From Flavobacteriaceae bacterium (GTDB lineage Bacteria; Bacteroidota; Bacteroidia; UKL13-3), in assembly GCA_025363675.1 (NCBI GenBank), contig JANYDJ010000156.1, forward strand, positions 1 through 56,067: DNA of 56,067 nt, given 5' to 3'. The position numbers and the translations under genes are program-made. Of this stretch, positions 40,151 through 50,260 are shown in pieces. The number at the start of each line of letters is the position of its first letter. Position 1 is the first letter of the stretch. The notes under the pieces were generated by a model. It worked only from the letters and a program-made list of their open reading frames with translations, was not told where the DNA came from and made no database searches.

Positions 40151-40332
40151 GGTTAATTGTTGATGGTTAATTGTTAATGGTTGATGGTTGATGGTTGATG
40201 GTTAATTGTTGATGGTTAATTGTTAATGGTTAATGGTTGATGGTTAATGGTTGATGGTTAATTGTTGATGGTTAATTGTTGATGGTTAATGGTTGATGGT
40301 TAATTGTTGATGGTTAATGGTTAATTGTTAAT
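40151..40332. repeat. Array of 26 heptamers (G/T)GTT(A/G)AT between ftsL and ftsI
   Basis: 182 bp of uninterrupted 7-nt periodicity; inverted degenerate copies at 40381-40446. Confidence 0.95.
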
Positions 40333-40446
40333 GTATTATTTATTTTTATTCTTTATTACTTATATATATTGTTGCTATTTATCATCAACAATTAACAATC
40401 AATCATTATTTGCTGTCATTTATCATTAATAATTAACAATCAGTCA

Positions 40447-40788
40447 TTATTTCATTATTTTCACTGGTGGTTCAGTTAGTGGTCTTAAATCTGTATCCTT
40501 TAACCTCTCTAGCACCTCCGACTGTTTGCTTTTACTCATTAATTCTTTTGCAATGCTTATATATTCACTTCTTAACTCTTCCTTTTCTTTGGTTAATCTT
40601 GAGATTTTCACAACCGTTTTATTGGCATTATGCTGATTGGCTATATATATCATACCTAATAAAAACATATATCCTATAAAGGGCATCCACTTTTTTATAT
40701 TTTCTGGTGTGATAAAAAAACTAAACTCCGAAACTTTTACCAAGGGGCTTTTGGTACTTTTTTCTTTATCTGTATTAGGCTGTTCCAT
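40447..40788 (-). CDS. ftsL: FtsL-like cell division protein
   Basis: Single TM, YIANQH, coiled coil ELRSEY; position between rsmH and ftsI. Confidence 0.85.
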   Translation of the reverse strand: MEQPNTDKEKSTKSPLVKVSEFSFFITPENIKKWMPFIGYMFLLGMIYIANQHNANKTVVKISRLTKEKEELRSEYISIAKELMSKSKQSEVLERLKDTDLRPLTEPPVKIMK

Positions 40789-40800
40789 TATTTTTATATA

Positions 40801-41709
40801 CTATAGTTTTACAGCCACTCTTAATTTTGCACTTCGTGATCGTGGGTTTCTTTCCACCTCTTCATCTGACGGGGGAATGGCTTTAGACAAGGCTTTCAGT
40901 GGGTTATTGGTATTGCCATATACATCTTTTTCTATATACCCTTCCACATTTCCGCTGGCTATAAAATTCTTCACCAACCTATCTTCCAAACTATGATAAC
41001 TCATCACCACCAACCGACCGTTCTTTGCCAAACATTCTGTGGTATCACTTAAAAATTTTCCAAGCACATCTAGTTCTTTATTCACCTCCATTCTCACCGC
41101 TTGAAAAACTTGGCTCAAAAAAGTATACTTATCTTTAAAGGGAGTGATACGTTCTATTGCTTTTAAAAAATCATTGATAGTTTCTATACTTTTATGTGCT
41201 CTTGCATCTATAATAGTATTTGCCACTTTTCTACTATTCTTTAATTCGCCATACGATTTGAATATATATATAAGTTGTTCCTCGGTATAATTATTAATTA
41301 CCGCTCTCGCATCTGGTTTCGATTGTTGGTCCATTCGCATGTCCAACGGGGCATCGCTGCGATAACTAAAGCCACGTGAACCTTCATCAAACTGATGACT
41401 GGACACACCCAGATCGGCAAGTATGCCATCGGCAGCTTTGATATGATGGAACTTTAAAAAGTTTTTGAGAAACCTAAAATTATGATTCACCCAAATAAAT
41501 CGGGCATCATCAGGTAGGTTGGTTTTCACATCATCGTCTTGATCAAAGCCGATGAGCTTGCCTTTCGGCCCAAGTTTTTCGAGTATTGCTCGGGAATGTC
41601 CGCCCCCTCCAAAAGTTACATCCACATATACACCATTGGGTTTGATGTTTAACGCCTCTATGCACTCTTGTAGCATTACGGGCGTATGGTATGTGGAAGC
41701 GATACTCAA
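40801..41709 (-). CDS. rsmH: 16S rRNA m4C1402 methyltransferase (TTG start)
   Basis: HTPVML, DVTFGGGGHS, DLGVSSHQ, SYHSLEDR, NPRSRSAKLR. Confidence 0.97.
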   Translation of the reverse strand: MSIASTYHTPVMLQECIEALNIKPNGVYVDVTFGGGGHSRAILEKLGPKGKLIGFDQDDDVKTNLPDDARFIWVNHNFRFLKNFLKFHHIKAADGILADLGVSSHQFDEGSRGFSYRSDAPLDMRMDQQSKPDARAVINNYTEEQLIYIFKSYGELKNSRKVANTIIDARAHKSIETINDFLKAIERITPFKDKYTFLSQVFQAVRMEVNKELDVLGKFLSDTTECLAKNGRLVVMSYHSLEDRLVKNFIASGNVEGYIEKDVYGNTNNPLKALSKAIPPSDEEVERNPRSRSAKLRVAVKL

Positions 41710-42173
41710 TTTTCTAGGTCTTTTTTACCTTTTTTGGGCATCACTTCTTCGGCAAGGGAGCTGAAGTCGTCGGAACTCATGTTGAGCTCTTCGTTATAAA
41801 CTTTCTCACTCCAGATTTCAATACGGTTACTGTATGCAAACAGAACCACATCATTATGTATTTCAGCATATTCTAATAATTTTTTAGGGATTAATATTCT
41901 ATCGTTACCGTCAACAGGAACTTCTGTTGCACCATTGTTAAACATCCTGAAAAACTGTCGGTCTTTACGATTAAATAAATTCAAGTCGCTTAGTTTATCA
42001 GTCTCTGCCTCCCAAGCATTTTTGGTGAACAATACCAAACACTTATCGAAGCCGCGGTTAATCACCAAAGTATCCTGTGCATCGGGTGGTAGCTGCTTTT
42101 TGAGGCGTACAGGAATTATCAGCCTGCCTTTGCCGTCCAGCTTACATTCAAATTCTCCGATGAACTTAGTCAT
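41706..42173 (-). CDS. mraZ: Transcriptional repressor MraZ
   Basis: FIGEFECKLDGKGRL and DGNDRILIP duplicated motifs, IEIWS. Confidence 0.95.
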   Translation of the reverse strand: MTKFIGEFECKLDGKGRLIIPVRLKKQLPPDAQDTLVINRGFDKCLVLFTKNAWEAETDKLSDLNLFNRKDRQFFRMFNNGATEVPVDGNDRILIPKKLLEYAEIHNDVVLFAYSNRIEIWSEKVYNEELNMSSDDFSSLAEEVMPKKGKKDLEN

Positions 42174-42197
42174 TTCCAGTGTTTTAAATTAACGCAA

Positions 42198-42330
42198 CAA
42201 ATGTAAAACATTTTACTCCACAAAAAACCACAAAAATGCATATTGTGGATAAAAATTCAGACAGCAAATACAAATACAATAATTATTAAACTGTATTTCA
42301 ATACATTATTGTGGTGGAGAAAAGTGGAGA
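42198..42330 (-). promoter_or_regulatory. dcw promoter with probable MraZ operator repeats
   Basis: TACATTTG (minus strand, 42198-42205); CCAC at 42218 and 42228 and GTGGAGA at 42314 and 42324, both 10-bp periodic. Confidence 0.6.
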
Positions 42331-42430
42331 TATTTTCGTAATAAGCTCCAATTCATATAATCACCATTTTTTTTACTATGTTATTTGCCCAAATGGCTTT
42401 TGTGGTGTTGGTTTGAACAAAATTTAAAAC

Positions 42431-43159
42431 ATGAAAAAACAGATTATTTATTTAATGACTTTGGCAACCATCACACTTGCCACAAGCTGTAAAGACAGCA
42501 CTTCCAGCGAACTATCAGCACAAATGGAGTTACACAAAAAAGTTTACAAAGCCTCAACCGACATCGGAGATTTAGCTACCGCAATCAATTCTTTGCGATA
42601 TATAATTGCCATGGACTCCACCAATCCAAATTTATTGGACACGCTTGCCAATTTATATTATACTGTTGGCCAAGTTCACCAAGCTATAAAAGTATGCGAT
42701 CAGTTTGCAGCCAAATATCCGCTTACTGAAAAAATAATGGAAACAAAGCAATTGAGTTTTGAAAAACTAGGAATGCTCGATTCAGCTTATGCAATGGCTG
42801 ATAAACTTTTCTTAAAAACAGAAAAACTAAAATATGTATATCGCCAAGGTTATTATAAAGTGCAGATGAGCGATATAAAAGGACTGGATTATTTACAAAA
42901 AGTAATTGATGCCAAAGGCCCTGTAAAAGACAGCACCGAAATGCGTTTTGGTCGTGATGCGGTGGCTCAAATGGTTCCCATAAAAGCAGCAGCTTATTTT
43001 ATTAAAGGCTCTACTTTAGGTCAACTTCGCAAACATGCTGAAGCCAAAGAAAATTTCCAATTGGCCTTAAAAGAATTCCCTGATTTTTATTATGCCGCTC
43101 AGTTATTACAAAACTACGATCAGTATGTGAAAGAATTAGAATCGCAAATGAGACGATGA
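42431..43159 (+). CDS. TPR-containing lipoprotein
   Basis: Lipobox LATSC; TPR-like helices (AYFIKG...EAKENFQLALKEFPDF). Confidence 0.75.
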   Translation: MKKQIIYLMTLATITLATSCKDSTSSELSAQMELHKKVYKASTDIGDLATAINSLRYIIAMDSTNPNLLDTLANLYYTVGQVHQAIKVCDQFAAKYPLTEKIMETKQLSFEKLGMLDSAYAMADKLFLKTEKLKYVYRQGYYKVQMSDIKGLDYLQKVIDAKGPVKDSTEMRFGRDAVAQMVPIKAAAYFIKGSTLGQLRKHAEAKENFQLALKEFPDFYYAAQLLQNYDQYVKELESQMRR

Positions 43160-44517
43160 AAAGATTTGCCCCTCAAATATTAATTGTCAATATAATTCTT
43201 GTTTCTGTATTAGCAGTACTGGGATTTTTGAACTATTGTAATATAGAAGTAGATTCTATGGTATATATGATATTGAGATGGGCATTGGTAGCTACTATTA
43301 TATTATATGCATTAAGCAGCAAAAAACTAACTGCATGGATTGTTGCAGCCATGGTTGCTGGAATTGTATGCGGTTACGATTTTCAGCAAAATGAATTTGT
43401 AATTGGCCTGGAAAAATTGAGCAAAATATTTGTCCGCTTAATCAAAACTATTATAGCCCCGCTTATATTTTCTACCTTGGTAGTTGGCATTGCCGGTCAT
43501 TCCAATTTAAAACAAGTGGGAAGGATGGGACTAAAAGCTATTATATATTTTGAAATTGTAACAACACTAGCATTGTTTATCGGATTGGGTGCTATAAACT
43601 TTACAGAAGCGGGTGTAGGCGTGCATGTGCAAGCAAATGAAAAAGTAATAAAAAAAGCAACAGATATAATTAGCAACAAAAAAGAAGCCGATCATTTACT
43701 CGAAGTTTTTCCTGAAAATATAGCCTTGGCGGTTGCTGAAAATAGAATATTGCAAGTAGTAATTTTTAGTTTGCTATTTGCTATGGGATTGGCTTTGGTG
43801 AAAAACAATTCCAAACAAATTATGCTAAACGGATGCCAAGCTTTGGCCGATGTAATGTTTAAAGTTACTGATATAGTAATGTGGATTGCACCGCTTGCTG
43901 TATTTGGTGCTCTAGCTTCAACAGTTTCTAAAAACGGCGTGGGTGTTTTAATGGATTTGGCAAAACTCGTCGGCACTTTATATGGTGCTTTAGTTGTGTT
44001 TGTAATACTGGTATTCATCCCCATTCTCCTATTAATAAAAGCCGATCTTAAAAAGTTTTGGATAGCTTTACGCGAACCAGTCTCATTAGCTTTTGCAACA
44101 GCAAGTAGTGAAGCAGCATTACCCAAAGCTATGGAAAATATGCATACTTATGGGGTACCACAACATATAGTTTCCTTTGTGTTACCTACCGGTTATAGTT
44201 TTAATTTAGATGGCACTACATTATATCTTTCCATGGCATCGGTATTTGTGGCACAAATGTGCGGCGTCGATTTGAGCATTGGCCAACAGGTAACGATGTG
44301 TCTTACGCTAATGCTTACCAGCAAAGGAGTTGCGGGCGTTCGCGGAGCTTCATTTTTAGTACTACTTGGCACGGTTACTGCAATGGGTTTAGACCAAGAA
44401 AAAGCCTTTCTTATACTGGCAGTCGATGCTTTTATGGACATGGCTCGTACCGCTGTTAACGTAACCGGAAACTGTATTGCAACAATTGTCGTAGCTAAAT
44501 GGGAAAAAGAAATCTAA
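43156..44517 (+). CDS. Dicarboxylate/amino acid:cation symporter (DAACS, GltP-like)
   Basis: FATASSEAALP, PTGYSFNLDG, SKGVAGV, DMARTAVNVTGN. Confidence 0.93.
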   Translation: MKRFAPQILIVNIILVSVLAVLGFLNYCNIEVDSMVYMILRWALVATIILYALSSKKLTAWIVAAMVAGIVCGYDFQQNEFVIGLEKLSKIFVRLIKTIIAPLIFSTLVVGIAGHSNLKQVGRMGLKAIIYFEIVTTLALFIGLGAINFTEAGVGVHVQANEKVIKKATDIISNKKEADHLLEVFPENIALAVAENRILQVVIFSLLFAMGLALVKNNSKQIMLNGCQALADVMFKVTDIVMWIAPLAVFGALASTVSKNGVGVLMDLAKLVGTLYGALVVFVILVFIPILLLIKADLKKFWIALREPVSLAFATASSEAALPKAMENMHTYGVPQHIVSFVLPTGYSFNLDGTTLYLSMASVFVAQMCGVDLSIGQQVTMCLTLMLTSKGVAGVRGASFLVLLGTVTAMGLDQEKAFLILAVDAFMDMARTAVNVTGNCIATIVVAKWEKEI

Positions 44518-44519
44518 AC

Positions 44520-46724
44520 ATGAAACGCTATATTATTTTCTACATTGCCCTTGCTTTTTTTAGCAGCAAGGCCCTTTCGCAAAGCAGCTACCTATTGCAG
44601 AGTAAGGCAACCCTGCCCAAAGAATTTAATACGAGCATAGAAGATAGATTGGCAAAGGCCAAGGAGCATTTAAAAACCCTAAATATTAAATACAACGACG
44701 AGCTTTTAAAAGAAGAGATTATTTTGTTTCAGGGATACCTTAGAAGTGGCCAAGTACTGTTTAATGACACTATTAGTTATCATATAGATAAAATTGCACA
44801 CAAGTTTTTTGAGTTGGATAAAACTATAGCCAACAATGTAAAAATATATGTTTGCAAAAACGATTATGCCGTTAATTTTTCATCGCCCGATGGAATGATT
44901 TTTATTACTACAGGTTTTATTGCACAAACTACCGATGAATCGCAGATAGCATTTGCCATAGCTCGAGAGATTGCTAAATATAGAAGCGGATATATACAAA
45001 GTCTGGATATAACTTTGTTAAATAAAGGAGGCGATGTAAAATCCTTTAATACCTATTTTCATGAGTTTACTGACCAGATTTTGGTGGAAACTGCCAATAC
45101 TTTTGAATATGATAAAGATGCTTTGGAATTAACCAAAGAAGCAGGCTTCGATAGAGGAGAAGCCCTCCTGTATTTCGATATATTACTGAATGCGGAGTTC
45201 CCTTTTGAATATAATAAATTTGATAAAACTTTTTTTGAAAGTGCCAACTTTACGATACCTGCTGAATTTGACAAGGACACCATTATGGCAGTTACTCATA
45301 GTGAGGAAGTGACCCAATCAGAATCACCAATATATGATGATTATGAAAAACGCAAAGATTTATTGGGTCGATTTAAACCCAACAGTACCCACAAGCATAC
45401 TATTGAAGTTGCTACCTATAATTATATAATTAAACTGGCAAAACTAGAAACCTGCAAACAACAATTGCTTCGCAAGCAATATAATGATGCTCTATATAAC
45501 TCGTATTGCCTTATTAAACAAGATACGGGAAATATACAAGCCAAAGAAATTTTTGTTCAGGCATTGTTTGGTTTTTCAATTAATAAGGATGTAGATGTAG
45601 AAAATTATCTGAAGGGACTTTGGGCTGAAAAAAAATTGAGTAAACTTGCAGAATATGAATTTAAGAAAGCTGGAATAACACCCGTAGATACCTGCATAAA
45701 ACTATTATATAAAATTAAAGCAAACAATCCGAACAATATTACAGCATTGGCTCTACGCAAGTGTTGGGAATGGGCTGCACAAAATCCAAAATCAGCTTAT
45801 CTGCACAGCTTTCGCGACTATTTGATGGCTTATTTATATAACAATACAGTGATGAAAAAAGAATATTTTGTTTTTTCTAAAAATGAAGTAAGACCCGATG
45901 AACCTATAAAAGTGGAAGAACCTACCGTTAATAAATATGCCCGCCTCAAAAAACCAAAAGTAGTAGAAAATGTATACAAAAATATTCCAGATGCATACAC
46001 CCAAACTGCAATGATGGATATTACTTCCGCTTTTATTTTTGAAAGAGAATATAAAAATGCGGTTAACAACTTCGAATTTCTATTTAGAGAGGAAGAGCCC
46101 AAAAACAACAAAAAATTTAAAATCGACAGTAAAATTCTTCAATCTTCTCTTGATTTCGACTATCTCAATTTGCTAAAAAATGACCAAGACCCTGTAAGGG
46201 AGGTGATACCTGACAAAGAGAAATTGAAAGTAGAAAATCTGTTTAATAACTACGACAAACTATTGGGTGGAAAAGTATTAAATATGAGTGTGGAAGAAAT
46301 AAAACTAAACAATGCCCAAATGTGGAACGATGAAGTAATGATTAATGATTATATATATGAAATAGGGAACAATTTATTGGGGTATCGCACCAATTATTCT
46401 GCTATCCAATTTCAAGCCTATCAGCTATCTTTATCAAAGAAAACCCCTTACTTATTTACAGGCAAATTTACCAAAAAAATATATCATAAAGAATCTGCTT
46501 CCGATGGAGATGAATGCAATAGTTGTAGTATTACCAATTGCCTGGTGCTTGTAGATTTATTTAATGTAGCTGTTCCCAGCAAAAAATTTCTGTTTGAATA
46601 TTATATAATTGATTTCAAAACAGGATATAAGGTTTATCAAAACTCCAACGACGATTTTATTCCTTTTAAAAACGACATGCTAAAAGCACATATATATGAT
46701 ATCTTATATCAACTAACCTATTAG
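44520..46724 (+). CDS. Secreted protein with a degenerate M48 peptidase-like N-terminal domain
   Basis: Signal peptide from ATG 44520; PDGMIFITTGFIA...ESQIAFAIAREIAKY aligns to the M48 HExxH context. Confidence 0.6.
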   Translation: MKRYIIFYIALAFFSSKALSQSSYLLQSKATLPKEFNTSIEDRLAKAKEHLKTLNIKYNDELLKEEIILFQGYLRSGQVLFNDTISYHIDKIAHKFFELDKTIANNVKIYVCKNDYAVNFSSPDGMIFITTGFIAQTTDESQIAFAIAREIAKYRSGYIQSLDITLLNKGGDVKSFNTYFHEFTDQILVETANTFEYDKDALELTKEAGFDRGEALLYFDILLNAEFPFEYNKFDKTFFESANFTIPAEFDKDTIMAVTHSEEVTQSESPIYDDYEKRKDLLGRFKPNSTHKHTIEVATYNYIIKLAKLETCKQQLLRKQYNDALYNSYCLIKQDTGNIQAKEIFVQALFGFSINKDVDVENYLKGLWAEKKLSKLAEYEFKKAGITPVDTCIKLLYKIKANNPNNITALALRKCWEWAAQNPKSAYLHSFRDYLMAYLYNNTVMKKEYFVFSKNEVRPDEPIKVEEPTVNKYARLKKPKVVENVYKNIPDAYTQTAMMDITSAFIFEREYKNAVNNFEFLFREEEPKNNKKFKIDSKILQSSLDFDYLNLLKNDQDPVREVIPDKEKLKVENLFNNYDKLLGGKVLNMSVEEIKLNNAQMWNDEVMINDYIYEIGNNLLGYRTNYSAIQFQAYQLSLSKKTPYLFTGKFTKKIYHKESASDGDECNSCSITNCLVLVDLFNVAVPSKKFLFEYYIIDFKTGYKVYQNSNDDFIPFKNDMLKAHIYDILYQLTY

Positions 46725-46728
46725 CCCC

Positions 46729-47448
46729 ATGAGGAAATATATAAATATAATAATACTGCTGCTCATTTGCTTAAATTCAAATGCTCAGATTCCGGGCTAT
46801 TTGGGCAAAAGGGACATTATTGGTGTGGGTGCACAATGGTTCCCCTCCTACAAAAATTATGGATACACCACCTCCTCCTACGACCCAAAATGGAATAGCT
46901 CATTTAGTTTAAAAAATTACAGGTACAAATCGGCCTTCAATATATTCTACGAGCGGGTAATTGATCGGTATATCAGCATGAATTTTAACTATAATTATCA
47001 GCGTGGCGGTTATCGAAGTGAAGAAGAATCTATTGATTCTTTCGATATTAATGGAAATCCATATTCGCATTATTCTTACCAAGATTACAATGTGGTTTCA
47101 CACCGATATGAAGTATTGTTCAAGTTCTTGTTCCGAAACAGTGGTGGCCTTGCACCCCTTGGCCCTTATATAGGTGTGGGTTTAAATTATAACCGGATTA
47201 ATGGTTGGGCAGTGGGGAAAGAGCAAAGTATGATGAAAAAATCTTTATTGGCGATGTCAGTATCTTGGGGCAAAACAAGAGTGCTGGGCGATAATATTAT
47301 GATAGACTATGGTATTAGGTGTACCCCTTTTTATTTTAATGGGGAAGTTAATATTCTAAACCAACCAGTAAAAGAATTAAAACCGGCTTCCTATATGTTT
47401 GCCCGTAACTTGCTTTTTGGATATTTTAATATAGGAATATTATTATAA
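46729..47448 (+). CDS. Hypothetical outer-membrane beta-barrel-like protein
   Basis: Signal peptide, QIPGYLGKR, alternating aromatic beta-strands, APLGPYIG. Confidence 0.6.
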   Translation: MRKYINIIILLLICLNSNAQIPGYLGKRDIIGVGAQWFPSYKNYGYTTSSYDPKWNSSFSLKNYRYKSAFNIFYERVIDRYISMNFNYNYQRGGYRSEEESIDSFDINGNPYSHYSYQDYNVVSHRYEVLFKFLFRNSGGLAPLGPYIGVGLNYNRINGWAVGKEQSMMKKSLLAMSVSWGKTRVLGDNIMIDYGIRCTPFYFNGEVNILNQPVKELKPASYMFARNLLFGYFNIGILL

Positions 47449-47479
47449 CTTTTAAATAGTTCCGGTATATTGATTGGTA

Positions 47480-48352
47480 TTAATGCACCAACGAAATACC
47501 CACTGAAGTTACATACACATTTGAACCTTGGTTTTTATTCATCATTGGCATTAATGAGGTTTCTGCCCACAGGCGAATAAATTTATAAGCAACGCGAATA
47601 GTAGCTTTTACATTAAATGTTGACTGGTTTAAGTTACTCCAACGGTTTATATAATAGTTTATCCCATCCTTATTATATTCTACATTTTGTTTTGATGCAA
47701 AACGCCAGGAGCCAATAACTCCCACAGCAAGTTGAAAAGCATTTTCAGGGTTCCCTTTTTTAGAACCTACTGCAAACCTTACCATTACAGGCACATTGAG
47801 AGAATGATTAATAATCCGATTTTTGGTGTACTGGAGCGTAGTATCGTACTGGGGCACTAACATATTATTCGCTTTGTCGATATTTAGCAGTACGGACTCG
47901 TCGCTTAGGCGGATAGCAGAATGTTCGTAGCCCAAACCAGAAACAATACTTATCCGTTTTTTATCATTGGATATCATATTTTCAAATAAATTTATTTTCC
48001 AGTTAAACGATTTCCCAATATCGTTATTCAAATATTTGGTATCGTTTTTCAGCGTCATTTGCCCCATGCCCGAACCTACAAAATTAAATCCCAGATCGAA
48101 TCCATCCCACATACTTCGGTATACATGTTTATCTCTGTCCATACTAAATATATATTTGTTTAAAGTATCGAGCAATACATTACTCTTACCTTCAATCACA
48201 ATAGTTGTATCATATATAAGTTTGCCATCTTTAGATATAACCACCCGTTTTTTATATACTTCTTTTTTCGTATTTACAGTATCCGTTTGGGCAACAGATT
48301 GCTTGTAAATAAAAATGCCTATTAACACTATTATTATATTAAAGTATCTCAT
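47480..48352 (-). CDS. Outer-membrane beta-barrel protein in the ECF operon
   Basis: Signal peptide, WDGFDLGFN, LNVPVMVRF, terminal VGISL. Confidence 0.65.
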   Translation of the reverse strand: MRYFNIIIVLIGIFIYKQSVAQTDTVNTKKEVYKKRVVISKDGKLIYDTTIVIEGKSNVLLDTLNKYIFSMDRDKHVYRSMWDGFDLGFNFVGSGMGQMTLKNDTKYLNNDIGKSFNWKINLFENMISNDKKRISIVSGLGYEHSAIRLSDESVLLNIDKANNMLVPQYDTTLQYTKNRIINHSLNVPVMVRFAVGSKKGNPENAFQLAVGVIGSWRFASKQNVEYNKDGINYYINRWSNLNQSTFNVKATIRVAYKFIRLWAETSLMPMMNKNQGSNVYVTSVGISLVH

Positions 48353-48389
48353 TTTTTAAATTGTATTATTATACTGTTTATTATTTGCT

Positions 48390-49664
48390 TTAAAATTCTC
48401 CGAACAAAACTGTGTTGCCAATTTTTACGGGTCTCATATTTATATTTTGAGGTATATTTTTACTTACATTTACCCTAAATCTGGTATTCTTATTTACCCA
48501 ACCACTTGCTCTTTTTGCCACTTGATCCCAATTTACCCTTGTATTAGTAAGCCCGTTCACTTGCACAATTCTTTGGTCTTGCTCGGTGGGCATTTGTTGC
48601 AGTTCTTGCTCAATTAATTTTTGTTTTATTTTATTTTCTAGGGCCATATCCTCTTCACTGTTTGCTACATTTTGCAGCCTTACCACATTAAACTCAAAAG
48701 GCTTGTTTGTATCCACTGCAGTTTGTATGGGGCCTATAATATTATCCCCTCTGTCAGCTAATGAAACACTCATATTTGCATGATGTATTGTATGTTTCCT
48801 TGCAGGTGTGGCACTGGCAAATGTTGCATATACGCGATTTGTGTGAGGTATTTCCTTATCATCATTTTTAACTGGGTTTTCAAATTCTATTTTTGCTGTA
48901 GGTTCTGCAATATTGGTATCCGCATTTCCCCAATTATTATAGGCAAAATATACAACCAAACATGCTGCAGCCGCTGCTGACATGTAAGGCACCAATCGGG
49001 TATACAACGGCTTGATTGCTTTTATATAGAGTTTGTTTTTATTTTTAAATACTACTTTTTTATCGGGTATTTGATAGGTGTGTTTATATAATTCTAAATC
49101 GGTTTGATAAGCTGGATTAAGGGACAAAAAAGCGAAAAAATCTTTTTCTTGCGATAAGGAAAGTTGTTTCTCGCAATATAATACCATCAACTCATCGATA
49201 TTCTCTTTGTTAATTCCTTCGGTTATAATAGTAGCAATTTTTCTTAATACTTGCTTCTCCACTTTATTTACAAGTATATGTTCGTCGGCATGCAATTTGG
49301 CCAATTTATATAAATTCCTATCACGTTTGAACAAGGGATTTTGTTTGATAAAATCGGCAAGTTCAATTTTCTCTATTTGCGATAGTTCACCTTCGGCTTC
49401 TTTAGTTAAGTATAGCTCTACATTGTTGCGTGTAACGCGGCCTATATTGTCGGAGCATATTTTTTTGAGTTGGTGCTTAAAATCATTCCCAATACCTTGC
49501 TCTGGAAAATCAATTCTTTTGCTTTTTCCAAAACTGTCAAACTCTTCTTTTTGTGCGGGATTAATATCTAAAAAAGCAAACAACGCATTTTGCTCACTCG
49601 GGCTCAATATCCCATCATAATAGTCAACAATGTATATAATATAATTTTCTAAAGTTATGGTCAT
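48390..49664 (-). CDS. Putative membrane anti-sigma factor
   Basis: Directly downstream of the ECF sigma gene; DYYDGILS motif, single TM SAAAAACLVVYF. Confidence 0.7.
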   Translation of the reverse strand: MTITLENYIIYIVDYYDGILSPSEQNALFAFLDINPAQKEEFDSFGKSKRIDFPEQGIGNDFKHQLKKICSDNIGRVTRNNVELYLTKEAEGELSQIEKIELADFIKQNPLFKRDRNLYKLAKLHADEHILVNKVEKQVLRKIATIITEGINKENIDELMVLYCEKQLSLSQEKDFFAFLSLNPAYQTDLELYKHTYQIPDKKVVFKNKNKLYIKAIKPLYTRLVPYMSAAAAACLVVYFAYNNWGNADTNIAEPTAKIEFENPVKNDDKEIPHTNRVYATFASATPARKHTIHHANMSVSLADRGDNIIGPIQTAVDTNKPFEFNVVRLQNVANSEEDMALENKIKQKLIEQELQQMPTEQDQRIVQVNGLTNTRVNWDQVAKRASGWVNKNTRFRVNVSKNIPQNINMRPVKIGNTVLFGEF

Positions 49665-49679
49665 ACGGTTATTTTTATA

Positions 49680-50168
49680 TTATAATAGTTCTTCAAATTT
49701 TCCCAACTTTTCTTTCAACACTTGTCTTCCCCTAAATATATATACTTTTACCTGCGATAAGCTAAGGTTGGTTATGTCACTTATTTGTTCGTAGCTATAA
49801 CCTTCGTAGTCTCTCAGCAATATTACCGAACGCAGCACTTCGCTTAGTTCAGCCACTGCCTGGTCAATAATTTCTTTCACACCTGTATAGTGGCTAGGTG
49901 TATGGGTATGCTCATACTCGTTCACCTCGTCCCAGTTTGCTTTCTTTTTGTCACGTCTTATCAAGTCTATCATAGTATGATATGCTGTTGTATATAAATA
50001 CGATTTGCATTTATCGAACTCGATGATGTCGTTTTTCAACCACATTTTTTCAAACGAGTCCTGAACGATGTCTTTCGCTTTGTCCTCATCCCTGATATTT
50101 TTGAGGATAAAACGATAGACTCCGTCAGAATACAAATCGACACATTTGTTAAATTCTGTCGCGGTCAT
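49680..50168 (-). CDS. ECF RNA polymerase sigma-70 factor
   Basis: DIVQDSFEKMW (region 2), LRDYEGYSYEQIS...VKVYIFRGR (region 4). Confidence 0.93.
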   Translation of the reverse strand: MTATEFNKCVDLYSDGVYRFILKNIRDEDKAKDIVQDSFEKMWLKNDIIEFDKCKSYLYTTAYHTMIDLIRRDKKKANWDEVNEYEHTHTPSHYTGVKEIIDQAVAELSEVLRSVILLRDYEGYSYEQISDITNLSLSQVKVYIFRGRQVLKEKLGKFEELL

Positions 50169-50194
50169 GTAGAGTTGGTGATTTTGACTTGTGG

Positions 50195-50220
50195 TACGTC
50201 ATTATAATTTCTTTGTTACA
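50195..50220 (-). promoter_or_regulatory. Candidate ECF-type autoregulatory promoter
   Basis: Minus strand TGTAAC-N16-CGTA upstream of the sigma gene. Confidence 0.5.
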
Positions 50221-50248
50221 AAAATAAAGATTTTTTTATGGCTTCGTC

Positions 50249-50256
50249 TATTTTTG
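50249..50256 (+). promoter_or_regulatory. -7 promoter element of murB
   Basis: TATTTTTG 4 nt before the ATG. Confidence 0.65.
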
Positions 50257-50260
50257 CCCC

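Noticed and set aside
40151-40332. Heptamer array as a CRISPR or coding repeat
   Set aside because: There are no spacers, and the TAA/TGA triplets in the 7-nt units interrupt the reading frames
26557-42173. Absence of murF and ddl from the dcw cluster
   Set aside because: This is the usual arrangement in Bacteroidota
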